Shown: piece by piece, positions 26,194 to 35,393 of the stretch | Layout of the letters: every line of letters begins with the position of its first letter | How positions within the stretch are numbered: the first letter of the stretch is position 1 | Assembly: GCA_964345255.1 (NCBI GenBank) | Contig: CAYFQK010000003.1 | Span: 1-45,600 of the forward strand | Direction of reading: 5' to 3' | Source: an uncultured Bacteroidales bacterium | GTDB lineage: Bacteria; Bacteroidota; Bacteroidia; Bacteroidales; JAIPAH01 | Length of the DNA stretch: 45,600 bases | The notes under the pieces: model-generated | Databases searched by the model: none | Told to the model about the DNA's origin: nothing | The model's input: the letters and a program-made list of their open reading frames with translations, nothing else | Position numbers and translations under genes: made by a program

Positions 26194-27849
26194 ATGGCGG
26201 CATATAAAGAAACACCAAGACAAAAGATGATCGCGATGATGTATCTCGTGCTAACGGCATTGTTAGCGCTGAATGTATCAAAAGAGGTTATAGATGCTTT
26301 TGGGGTGGTTAACGAGAGTCTGGAGAAGACAAATCAAAATTACAGTAATAAGATTGATCAGATATACACAGTATTTGAGAACAAGTACAAAGCAAACAAA
26401 GAAAAGGTTGGTCCATACTGGGAGAAGGCAAAAGAAGCACGGGAATATTCCGATGAAATGAAAGCATATTTGGAAGATACCAAGGATTCAGTTATTGTTC
26501 TTGCCGAAGGCGGTACTATGGAGTCCATCCGCAGGAATGTGGCCGAAAAAATGGGTGTGCCGGCGGATGAAGTAGATAATATTCCTTTGAATTATCTGAA
26601 GCGTAAAGATCAATATGATAAAACAACTCATTACTTCGTCCCCAATACTTCTAAATCCAGATCAAAAGGAAAGGCCCAGGAAATAAGAAAGCGATTTATT
26701 GAATATCGCGAAAATATAATGGGATTATTACCGAAGGGTGATAGAGAAGGTTTACAGATTGGACCTGATTTTGATGCTGAGTATGTAAATGCGGATGGGC
26801 AGACCGAAACGTGGGAAACGCATAATTTTTATCACACCATCATGGCTGCTGATGTTACCATTTTAAACAAGCTTATTACCGAGGTTCAGAATTCTGAATT
26901 TGACGTGGTGAATTATCTCTACTCTAATATTTCGGAGGAAGATTTCAAATTTACCAATGTAGAGGCCAAGGTGATACCTGAAAAGGGTTATATTTTACAA
27001 GGCGGAGAATATTCTGCCGATGTGATAGTAGCAGCTTACGATACCACCCAGCGACCCCAGGTTTATATCCAGCATGGAGTAGACTCTATCACAGATTTAA
27101 ACCGGGCTACGCGCCTTGAGTCCGCAGAAGATATTGTTAACCTGGACTTTCCTGCTGATGAGGTAGGTGAGCATAAGTATGCAGGCGTGCTTCGAATTAG
27201 AGAACCCGGAGGATTATTCCAAAAGTATTATTTTAAGGATTCCTACAGCGTAGGGCGTAAATCAGCCACCGTATCAGCAGATAAGATGAATGTCTTTTAC
27301 AAAGGGGTTCCCAACCCCGTATCAATTTCGGTACCAGGGGTCCCGGCTCACCAAATGCAACCCACTATTGATGTGGGAACCATTAGCAGTGAAGGTGATG
27401 GGACGTATTCGGTCAGCATACCTGGTGAGGTGGACCAGCGAACTGCCTCTGTGCGGGTTAATGCCTTGCTGGAAGGGGAGAATACTTTCTTTGATGAATA
27501 TAAGTTTAGGATCAAAAAAATACCCGATCCTACGCCAACTATTGGCGGAACATATACCTCGGGAGATGTGGAAAGGGATTTTCTGGAAGTATCAAGTATA
27601 ATTGCCAAAACCCCCGACTTTTTTGAATTTGATTACACTTTTCCGGTAGTCAGCTTCGTTATGTATTATACCGGCGCCGACGGTTATCCGGTTGAGCTGG
27701 TGTCTAACAGCAATAATTTTACAGATGAAATGAAAGCTCAGTTTGAACGGTTAAGAACCGGGTCAAGAATTCAGTTTGAGCGGATTAGAGTTAAAGGTCC
27801 TGAGGGCGAAAGAGAATTGGATAATGTTATTTCGATTAAAATAGATTAG
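26194..27849 (+). CDS. gldM: T9SS/gliding protein GldM (PorM)
   Basis: N-terminal PRQKMIAMMYLVLTALLALNVSKEVIDAF (single TM) followed by a long periplasmic region. Its position between gldL and gldN fits. Confidence 0.85.
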   Translation: MAAYKETPRQKMIAMMYLVLTALLALNVSKEVIDAFGVVNESLEKTNQNYSNKIDQIYTVFENKYKANKEKVGPYWEKAKEAREYSDEMKAYLEDTKDSVIVLAEGGTMESIRRNVAEKMGVPADEVDNIPLNYLKRKDQYDKTTHYFVPNTSKSRSKGKAQEIRKRFIEYRENIMGLLPKGDREGLQIGPDFDAEYVNADGQTETWETHNFYHTIMAADVTILNKLITEVQNSEFDVVNYLYSNISEEDFKFTNVEAKVIPEKGYILQGGEYSADVIVAAYDTTQRPQVYIQHGVDSITDLNRATRLESAEDIVNLDFPADEVGEHKYAGVLRIREPGGLFQKYYFKDSYSVGRKSATVSADKMNVFYKGVPNPVSISVPGVPAHQMQPTIDVGTISSEGDGTYSVSIPGEVDQRTASVRVNALLEGENTFFDEYKFRIKKIPDPTPTIGGTYTSGDVERDFLEVSSIIAKTPDFFEFDYTFPVVSFVMYYTGADGYPVELVSNSNNFTDEMKAQFERLRTGSRIQFERIRVKGPEGERELDNVISIKID

Positions 27850-27853
27850 TATT

Positions 27854-28732
27854 ATGAATATTTCAAAGGTATTTATAGTTGTTTGTGTATTAATGGTTGG
27901 CTTTTTAAGTCAGGGATACGCACAGTATGACAAGGATCCGCGAAAAAGCGCGAAGCAGAATTTTGAAGAGCCTAATGCCAACATTGTTGACAGGGCACAT
28001 TTTCAGGAACGCTTTCCCGTGAAGTATCCACCTCTGCGGGAGGCGGATTTGATGTGGCAAAAGCGCGTATGGCGGGAAATTGATTTTATTCAGAAAAAGA
28101 ATCATCCTTTCTATTTTCCGGTAGAACCAAAGTTTGGGCGGGCAAGCCTGGCTTCTTATGTCTTCGACTCCATCAAATCAGGGAATATTGTAGCCTATGA
28201 GCACAATGAGCCTATGAAGTTTCAGCTGCCGATGACGCCGCCTCAGTTTGAAAACTCACTCACTTCTGAGCGGCAAACGGATTTTACAAGGCAAACTGCT
28301 GACGGAGGCCAGATAACAGTGGACACAACCATTCAGGTTACGCTGAAACCCTCTGATGTCAAAAGGATAAGGCTGATGGAAGACTGGTACTTTGATAAAG
28401 AGCGATCCATGTTCGATGTCAGGGTGATTGGCATTGGATTTATCATGGAGAATCGTGAAGGGAAACTCATTCCCAAGTTTTGGATATATTATCCGCATGC
28501 GCGGCGGGCGCTCGTCCGGTCAGAAAATCTTGTACACGATGGAAACAGAGCGCAGTCATATTCTTATGCCGCTATGCTGGAGAAAAGAAGATTCTCGAGT
28601 TTGATTACCAAAGTGGATAATGTGTATGATCGTTATATTCAAAGTTACACCGATCAGCAGGAAACACTATACGAAGCCAGAAGACTCGAGAGAGACCTGC
28701 TTGAATTTGAACAGAACCTGTGGGAGTATTAA
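27854..28732 (+). CDS. gldN: T9SS/gliding periplasmic ring protein GldN (PorN)
   Basis: Signal peptide, then the GldN-typical PPLREADLMWQKRVWREIDFIQKKNHPFYFP. It is the last gene of the operon. Confidence 0.8.
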   Translation: MNISKVFIVVCVLMVGFLSQGYAQYDKDPRKSAKQNFEEPNANIVDRAHFQERFPVKYPPLREADLMWQKRVWREIDFIQKKNHPFYFPVEPKFGRASLASYVFDSIKSGNIVAYEHNEPMKFQLPMTPPQFENSLTSERQTDFTRQTADGGQITVDTTIQVTLKPSDVKRIRLMEDWYFDKERSMFDVRVIGIGFIMENREGKLIPKFWIYYPHARRALVRSENLVHDGNRAQSYSYAAMLEKRRFSSLITKVDNVYDRYIQSYTDQQETLYEARRLERDLLEFEQNLWEY

Positions 28733-28769
28733 TGGAGTGCTGAGAAATAGAGAGCGCTATAAGACCAAG

Positions 28770-28818
28770 GCCATTTAAAAGGAAAAAGAAACTTCCTTTT
28801 AAATGGCTTTTCTTTTTT
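28770..28818 (+). terminator. Strong rho-independent terminator of the porP-gldKLMN operon
   Basis: Perfect 15-bp stem, GCCATTTAAAAGGAA (28770-28784) with TTCCTTTTAAATGGC (28793-28807), followed by TTTTCTTTTTT. Confidence 0.8.
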
Positions 28819-28827
28819 AGCATTATG

Positions 28828-28835
28828 TATTTTTG
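28828..28835 (+). promoter_or_regulatory. -7 box TATTTTTG for recG
   Basis: Exact TAnnTTTG match, with 25 nt between the box and the ATG at 28861. Confidence 0.5.
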
Positions 28836-28860
28836 AAAAGGAAATGAAACGAAACCCACC

Positions 28861-30966
28861 ATGATGAATGATTTTCTTAATACTCCGATTGAATATCTTA
28901 AAGGGGTGGGGCCAAAGCGGGCTGAACTGCTTAAGAGTGAGCTTGATATCAGCACGTTTGCTCATTTATTGGTTTATTTCCCATTCAGGTACGTGGACCG
29001 GAGTAAGTTTTATCCGATTAATGAAATAAAAGCAGATATTCCCTTGATTCAAGCGAAAGGGAAGCTCATTGCTTTACAGCAGGCAGGAATGGGCCGCTCC
29101 AAGCGAATGGTCGGCTATTTGCAGGATGATACCGGAATATTGGAATTGGTTTGGTTTCAGGGCTTGAGATGGATTAACCAGAAATTGCTCTTAAACAAGG
29201 AATATGTGGTTTTTGGGAAACCCACCGAATTCAATGGCAAATTAAATATTGCACATCCTGAGATAGAGGAAGCCGAAGCTTTTCAGAAAAATGCCGACAA
29301 AGGGATTCAGCCGGTCTACAATGTCACTGAAAAACTCAGGAAAAGCTTTATTAATCCGAAGGTCATAGCTAAAATGACCAAAGCGTTGGTTAATATGGCC
29401 AAAGGCAAAGTACCCGAAAATCTCCCGGATTACCTCGTAAAGGAGATTGAGCTCCTTAACCTGGAGGAAGCTTTTATTAATATTCATCATCCCGAAAGTT
29501 TTGAGAAACTTCGTGGAGCAACAAGGCGTCTTAAGTTTGATGAGCTGTTCCATATACAGCTGAAGAATGTGAAGTTAAAAAACAGGCGTAAGTATGAATA
29601 TGACGGATATCTCTTCCCGAAAGTAGGAGACCTGTTTAATCATTTTTATCGTCATAATTTACCTTTTGAATTGACTAGCGCTCAAAAAAGAGTCATCAAA
29701 GAAATAAGGACCGATCTAAACATAGGAAAACAGATGAATCGACTGCTTCAGGGCGATGTGGGCAGCGGAAAAACGATGGTTGCTCTCATGGTATCTTTGA
29801 TTGCTCTCGATAATGGTTATCAATCGGCTTTTATGGCTCCTACAGAAATTCTGGCCACACAACACTACAACACATTGAAGAAATTCCTGGAGGGCATGCC
29901 AGTGGAAGTACGTCTGCTGACCGGATCCACCAGGAACCAGGAGCGGAAGGAAATTGCGGAGGGGCTGGAAAAGGGCTACATTCATATTTTAATCGGGACT
30001 CATGCTTTGCTTGAAGACACTGTTAAATTCGATAACCTGGGCTTTGTGGTTATTGATGAGCAACATCGTTTTGGTGTGGCGCAAAGGGCCCGCATGTGGA
30101 AAAAGAACCTCCTTCCGCCGCATGTGCTTGTTATGACGGCCACGCCTATACCGCGCAGCCTGGCAATGACGCTTTATGGTGATATGGATTATTCGGTAAT
30201 TGATGAGCTTCCTCCGGGAAGGAAACCGGTTAAAACACACCACCTAACCGATCGGGACAGGCTGAGGTTGTTTGGATTTATGAGAGAACGAATCACAGAA
30301 GGACGGCAGATTTATGTGGTGTATCCCCTTATCGAAGAATCGCAAAAGCTTGATCTTAAAAACCTCATGGAGGGCTATGAAAGCATTGTGAGAGAGTTTC
30401 CTTTACCTGATTACAGGGTGAGTATTGTGCACGGTAAGATGAACCCGGAGGATAAAGATTATGAAATGCAGCGGTTTGTAAAGGGGGAAACACAGATCAT
30501 GGTATCTACAACAGTCATAGAGGTGGGCGTTGATGTATCCAATGCTTCAGTAATGGTCATCGAAAATGCCGAACGCTTTGGCCTCTCGCAACTCCACCAG
30601 CTTCGGGGCCGCGTGGGCAGGGGAGCCGACCAATCATTCTGCATTCTTATGACTAAAGAAAAATTGTCGGGAGAAGCTTCAAAACGCATCAAAACAATGG
30701 TGCAAACCACCGACGGCTTCCTCATAGCAAAGGCGGATCTTGAGATTAGAGGACCAGGAGAAATGGATGGGACACGCCAGAGCGGGATAGCGAATCTAAA
30801 GATTGCCGATTTATCCACCGATAGTGCATTAATAGAATTGGCCAGGAGTAAAGCAGAGAAAATATTGAAGGAGGATCCCGACTTATCTAAACCCGAACAT
30901 GAAGTATTAATTCCGGTCATCAAAAGCAAAACTTCTGCTAAAATTAGCTGGAGCGACATCATATAG
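28861..30966 (+). CDS. recG: ATP-dependent DNA helicase RecG
   Basis: N-terminal wedge/OB domain, Walker A GDVGSGKT, motif II VVIDEQHRFGV, and LHQLRGRVGRG. 701 aa. Confidence 0.95.
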   Translation: MMNDFLNTPIEYLKGVGPKRAELLKSELDISTFAHLLVYFPFRYVDRSKFYPINEIKADIPLIQAKGKLIALQQAGMGRSKRMVGYLQDDTGILELVWFQGLRWINQKLLLNKEYVVFGKPTEFNGKLNIAHPEIEEAEAFQKNADKGIQPVYNVTEKLRKSFINPKVIAKMTKALVNMAKGKVPENLPDYLVKEIELLNLEEAFINIHHPESFEKLRGATRRLKFDELFHIQLKNVKLKNRRKYEYDGYLFPKVGDLFNHFYRHNLPFELTSAQKRVIKEIRTDLNIGKQMNRLLQGDVGSGKTMVALMVSLIALDNGYQSAFMAPTEILATQHYNTLKKFLEGMPVEVRLLTGSTRNQERKEIAEGLEKGYIHILIGTHALLEDTVKFDNLGFVVIDEQHRFGVAQRARMWKKNLLPPHVLVMTATPIPRSLAMTLYGDMDYSVIDELPPGRKPVKTHHLTDRDRLRLFGFMRERITEGRQIYVVYPLIEESQKLDLKNLMEGYESIVREFPLPDYRVSIVHGKMNPEDKDYEMQRFVKGETQIMVSTTVIEVGVDVSNASVMVIENAERFGLSQLHQLRGRVGRGADQSFCILMTKEKLSGEASKRIKTMVQTTDGFLIAKADLEIRGPGEMDGTRQSGIANLKIADLSTDSALIELARSKAEKILKEDPDLSKPEHEVLIPVIKSKTSAKISWSDII

Positions 30967-31026
30967 CTGTCATTCCCTCAACTGACAAATTAGCATGATT
31001 TCCTCTGTTTTTCGCGCCAAATTAAT

Positions 31027-31034
31027 TACTTTTG
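31027..31034 (+). promoter_or_regulatory. -7 box TACTTTTG for pheT
   Basis: Exact TAnnTTTG match, with 37 nt between the box and the ATG at 31072. Confidence 0.45.
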
Positions 31035-31071
31035 CCTTTTATAATCAAAAAAAGAGCGAAACAAAAAGCCG

Positions 31072-33540
31072 ATGAAGATATCCTATAGCTGGTTAAGGCA
31101 ATACATTGATACTGACAAATCACCTGAAGAAATTAGTGATTTGCTGACGAACACCGGATTGGAAGTTGAAGGTCTGGAAAAAGTGGAAACCGTAAAAGGA
31201 GGACTTGAAGGGGTGGTAATAGGCGAAGTCCTTACTTGTGAAAAACACCCGGATGCTGACAAACTTAGCGTTACAACGGTAGACATAGGCAAGGAAGAAC
31301 CTGCCAAAATAGTTTGCGGTGCCCCCAATGTGGCAAAAGGACAAAAAGTGCCGGTTGCAACCGTGGGAACGACACTTTACCCCGACAACAAGCCTTTTGA
31401 AATTAAAAAAACCAAAATTAGAGGCGAACGATCGGAGGGGATGATTTGTGCTGAAGATGAGCTTGGCCTTGGAACTTCTCATGACGGGATAATGGTTTTA
31501 AGCCAGGATGCCAAACCGGGAGCGCCGGCCAGAGATTATTTTAATATCAGCGAGGATTATGTCTTTGAGATTGGCCTTACACCCAACCGCACGGATGCTA
31601 TGGGACATATCGGGGTTGCAAAAGATTTGGCAGCAGCGCTTAATAATTTAGAAGATAACTCCATACGCTACACGGTAAAGATTCCCGGTGTAAGTGATTT
31701 TAGTACAGACAATCAGGATTTGCCTATAGAGGTTATTATCGATGATGAAAAAGCCTGCCCAAGATACTCGGGCGTAACGGTTTCAGGAATCGAAGTAAAA
31801 GAATCTCCTGACTGGCTTAAGAACAAACTGAATGCAATTGGCATCAGGCCCATAAACAACCTTGTAGATATAAGTAACTACGTGCTGTTTGAAACGGCTC
31901 AGCCCCTTCACTTTTTTGATGCGGATGCCATAGCCGGCAATAAAGTAATTATAAAAAAATTACCTGAAGATTCGGCATTTACTACTCTGGATGAAGTGGA
32001 TAGAAAACTCTCTTCCGAAGATCTTATGATCTGTAACGAAAAGGAGCCTATGTGTATGGCTGGAGTTTTTGGGGGAATTAAATCAGGCGTCACTGAACAG
32101 ACAACGAAAGTCTTTATCGAAAGTGCTTATTTTGATCCCCCGACCATTAGGAAAACATCCAAGAAACATGGGCTGCAGACCGACGCTTCTTTTAGGTTTG
32201 AAAGAGGAGCGGACCCTTCGGTGACCGTCTATGCGCTTAAAAGAGCTGCGATGCTAATAAAAGAGATTGCCGGCGGCAAGATTTCGAGTGATATCATGGA
32301 TGAATATCCCCGGAAAATCAATCCCGCCAAAGTCAGAGTCGACTATCAGCGAATGAATGTTATCATTGGGAAGACCATAGACAGAGCAAAAATCCAGGAA
32401 ATTCTTCAATCCCTCGAAATAAGGACTCTTGAAGAAGATGAAAACGGTTTGCTTTTAGAGGTTCCTACCAACCGGGCTGATGTTACCCGTGAGGCAGATA
32501 TTATCGAAGAAATTCTCAGAATATATGGCTACAACAACATCAGCTTTGAGGAGCAACTTTCTTCTTCCCTCTCTCATATAAATAAACCTGAACCTGATCA
32601 CATCCGGAATGTGGTTTCTGATTATCTGTCGGATAATGGTTTTTTTGAGATAATGAATAACTCCCTCACAAAAGGGGATTATGCAAATTATCTGGATACG
32701 CTTTCTGAAAAAAATAATGTGGATATTCTCAACCCACTAAGCAAAGAATTAAATGTGTTGCGTCAGTCGATGGTTTTTGGCGGGCTGGAATCAGTAGCGT
32801 ATAATTTAAATCGCCAGCAAGCCAATCTTCGGTTGTATGAATTTGGTTATGTGTATCATAAAAATCCTGAAAAATCTATAGAGAAAGATGAGCTGGAGCG
32901 CTACAGTGAAAAGCAGCAACTAGCAATATTTATATCAGGAAGCAAAACCGCCGAAAGCTGGAAGGGAAAACCAGAAAAGGCTGATTTTTTTGATCTGAAA
33001 AAAACCATATATAATCTCTTTGAGCGGATAGGTTTTAATACGACAGCTTTTCAGCTAAAGCTTCAAGAATCGGATATTTTCCGGGAAGGAATGGTTATCC
33101 GCTATAAAAAGAAAAATATAGCCACCCTCGGCCTCGTTAATAAAAAGCTTTTGAAGAAAATGGATATTCAGCAGGAAGTTTTTTATGGGGTTATTGAATG
33201 GGATGTCGTATTCAATATGTTATCGGACCACAGCATCACCTATCAGCCAATAGCAAAATATCCCGAGGTGAGAAGAGATTTGGCACTAATGCTCGATGAA
33301 AAGGTGACTTTTGATGAGCTGGAAAAAGTGGCATTTCAATACGGTGGTGATTATTTAAAAGAGGTCAATCTATTTGACATATATCGTGGTGAAAATATAG
33401 CAAAGGGCAAAAAATCGTATGCTCTGAGTTTTATTTTGCAGCGCGAAGACAAAACGCTGAAGGACAAGGAGATTGACAAGGCAATGAATAAAATAATTAA
33501 AGGCTTTGAAAAGCAGGTGGCAGCAGAAATCAGGAAATAG
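31072..33540 (+). CDS. pheT: Phenylalanine--tRNA ligase beta subunit
   Basis: MKISYSWLRQYI start, tRNA-binding OB domain (VVIGEVLTCEKHPDADKLSVTTVDIG), B3/4 and B5 regions, and a C-terminal anticodon-binding-like domain. 822 aa. Confidence 0.95.
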   Translation: MKISYSWLRQYIDTDKSPEEISDLLTNTGLEVEGLEKVETVKGGLEGVVIGEVLTCEKHPDADKLSVTTVDIGKEEPAKIVCGAPNVAKGQKVPVATVGTTLYPDNKPFEIKKTKIRGERSEGMICAEDELGLGTSHDGIMVLSQDAKPGAPARDYFNISEDYVFEIGLTPNRTDAMGHIGVAKDLAAALNNLEDNSIRYTVKIPGVSDFSTDNQDLPIEVIIDDEKACPRYSGVTVSGIEVKESPDWLKNKLNAIGIRPINNLVDISNYVLFETAQPLHFFDADAIAGNKVIIKKLPEDSAFTTLDEVDRKLSSEDLMICNEKEPMCMAGVFGGIKSGVTEQTTKVFIESAYFDPPTIRKTSKKHGLQTDASFRFERGADPSVTVYALKRAAMLIKEIAGGKISSDIMDEYPRKINPAKVRVDYQRMNVIIGKTIDRAKIQEILQSLEIRTLEEDENGLLLEVPTNRADVTREADIIEEILRIYGYNNISFEEQLSSSLSHINKPEPDHIRNVVSDYLSDNGFFEIMNNSLTKGDYANYLDTLSEKNNVDILNPLSKELNVLRQSMVFGGLESVAYNLNRQQANLRLYEFGYVYHKNPEKSIEKDELERYSEKQQLAIFISGSKTAESWKGKPEKADFFDLKKTIYNLFERIGFNTTAFQLKLQESDIFREGMVIRYKKKNIATLGLVNKKLLKKMDIQQEVFYGVIEWDVVFNMLSDHSITYQPIAKYPEVRRDLALMLDEKVTFDELEKVAFQYGGDYLKEVNLFDIYRGENIAKGKKSYALSFILQREDKTLKDKEIDKAMNKIIKGFEKQVAAEIRK

Positions 33541-33551
33541 TGTAATTATAA

Positions 33552-33618
33552 AAAATGATTTCAAAGTCATTGACATCACAGGTTGAATAAGTTAAAATGA
33601 TTTCTTATATTGTGATGT
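33552..33618. repeat. Interleaved direct repeat (AAAATGATTTC x2) and inverted repeat (ACATCACA/TGTGATGT) upstream of the sigma-54 activator operon
   Basis: The direct repeats are at 33552-33562 and 33594-33604, both 11/11 identical. The inverted repeat arms are at 33573-33580 and 33611-33618 and are perfect 8-bp reverse complements. The ATG follows at 33645. Confidence 0.35.
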
Positions 33619-33644
33619 TTACATTTAAAACAAGAGTTTATTAA

Positions 33645-34883
33645 ATGGACCTACAATCAATAAAACAAAGATTTGGTGTCATAGGAAATTCACCGGAACT
33701 GAACCGGGCTATTGATACAGCTATGCAAGTCGCCCCCACGGATATCAGTGTATTAATCACCGGTGAAAGCGGCGCAGGCAAAGAGGTTTTTCCTAAGATT
33801 ATCCACCAACTAAGTGCTCGTAAACACGGTCCATATATTGCCGTTAACTGCGGAGCTATTCCCGAGGGGACCATCGACTCTGAACTCTTCGGTCATGAAA
33901 AAGGATCTTTTACCGGAGCCCATGAAGCGCGGAAAGGGTATTTTGAAGTTGTCAACGGCGGAACAATATTTCTGGATGAAATATCTGAATTGCCCCTTTC
34001 CACGCAGGTAAGACTTCTGAGAGTACTGGAGTCAGGAGAATTTATCAAAGTGGGATCCTCCAGGGTGCTTACTACGGATGTTCGTGTGGTAGCGGCATCA
34101 AATATTGATATGAGTCAGGCGATAGAAGAAGGGAAATTCAGGCAGGATTTATTTTACCGTTTAAGCACTGTTCCTATTTATATTCCTCCTCTTCGGGAAC
34201 GAAAAGATGATATCTATTTGCTTTTCAGGAAGTTTTCGGCTGATTTCGCCGAAAAGTACCGCATGCCCCCTTTGCGCCTTACCGACGATGCAAAGAAACT
34301 ATTGGTGGATTACCGCTGGCCCGGTAATGTTCGTCAGCTGAAAAATATTACCGAACAGATTTCCATTATTGAACAAGACCGGCACATAACCTCCGACGTG
34401 ATTCGGAAATACCTGCCTAAAAATTCATTTTCTGAACTCCCGGTTCTTTACAAAGGACAGGAAAAAGACGCCATGACCGACAGGGATTTGCTGTATAAGG
34501 TCCTTTTTGATATGAAAAAAGATATTAACGATCTGAAGCGAGTTGTTGTAGAAATTATGAGAGAGCGCGGAGGGGCCCCAACAAACCTTGATCAGCACGA
34601 TTCACAGTTGGTTAAGAAATATTTTGAAGACTTCCGGGAAGATCCCTACGATCAGTCAGAGCATGAAAGCGAGGATATCCATATCGCTGATCCTCCGGAA
34701 GAGGATGCCCCGATAGAGCATTCAGAGGTTCTCGAAGAATCGCTTTCACTACAGAAAAAAGAAGTGGATTTGATAAAAAAAGCCCTTGAAAAGCACAGTG
34801 GAAAGCGAAAAGCAGCAGCCCGTGAACTTGGAATATCAGAGCGGACTCTTTACCGAAAAATAAAGGAGTATAATATTAAATGA
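33645..34883 (+). CDS. Sigma-54-dependent transcriptional activator (bEBP) lacking any N-terminal sensor or receiver domain
   Basis: The AAA+ core begins near residue 10. It has Walker A GESGAGKE, a GAFTGA-loop variant EKGSFTGA, Walker B GGTIFLDEI, WPGNVRQL, an acidic linker, and a C-terminal Fis-type HTH AARELGISERTLYRKIKEY. Confidence 0.9.
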   Translation: MDLQSIKQRFGVIGNSPELNRAIDTAMQVAPTDISVLITGESGAGKEVFPKIIHQLSARKHGPYIAVNCGAIPEGTIDSELFGHEKGSFTGAHEARKGYFEVVNGGTIFLDEISELPLSTQVRLLRVLESGEFIKVGSSRVLTTDVRVVAASNIDMSQAIEEGKFRQDLFYRLSTVPIYIPPLRERKDDIYLLFRKFSADFAEKYRMPPLRLTDDAKKLLVDYRWPGNVRQLKNITEQISIIEQDRHITSDVIRKYLPKNSFSELPVLYKGQEKDAMTDRDLLYKVLFDMKKDINDLKRVVVEIMRERGGAPTNLDQHDSQLVKKYFEDFREDPYDQSEHESEDIHIADPPEEDAPIEHSEVLEESLSLQKKEVDLIKKALEKHSGKRKAAARELGISERTLYRKIKEYNIK

Positions 34884-35392
34884 TAATCAGGAAGGTAAAA
34901 ATACTAGTTGCTGTACTTATAGCTGGCTTAATTTCTAATAGCTGTGGAGTGTATTCGTTTACCGGGGCTTCTATTTCACCGGAAGTTGAGTCGGTACAGG
35001 TGAAGTTTTTTGATAACAAAGCCGATCTTGTAGAACCTACATTAAGTCAGAAATTTACAAATTCTCTGAAAGAAAAATTTTCTTCACAGACGAACCTTGA
35101 CGTGGTTGAGTCGCAGGGTGACCTAATTTTTGAAGGGTATATCAAAAACTACAAAACCGAGCCTGCGGCTATACAGGGTGACCAAACGGCAGCGCTGAAC
35201 AGGCTTACAATAACTGTTTTTACCAAATTCACTAACAAAATTAACCCTGACGATAATTTTGAATCAACTTTCTCACATTACAGAGAATACACAAGCAACC
35301 AGTCCTTATCAGCCGTTAAGGATGGTTTGATATTAGAAATTAATGAAGCACTGGTTGACGATATTTTTAACCGGGCAGTGGTAAATTGGTAA
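34880..35392 (+). CDS. LptE-like outer membrane lipoprotein
   Basis: Lipobox LISNSCG. CGVYSFTGASI...VKFFDNKA...GDLIFEGYIKNYKTEPAAIQG...ALNRLTITV resembles the Bacteroidota LptE family. Its start overlaps the activator stop by 4 nt (ATGA). Confidence 0.6.
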   Translation: MIIRKVKILVAVLIAGLISNSCGVYSFTGASISPEVESVQVKFFDNKADLVEPTLSQKFTNSLKEKFSSQTNLDVVESQGDLIFEGYIKNYKTEPAAIQGDQTAALNRLTITVFTKFTNKINPDDNFESTFSHYREYTSNQSLSAVKDGLILEINEALVDDIFNRAVVNW

Positions 35393-35393
35393 T

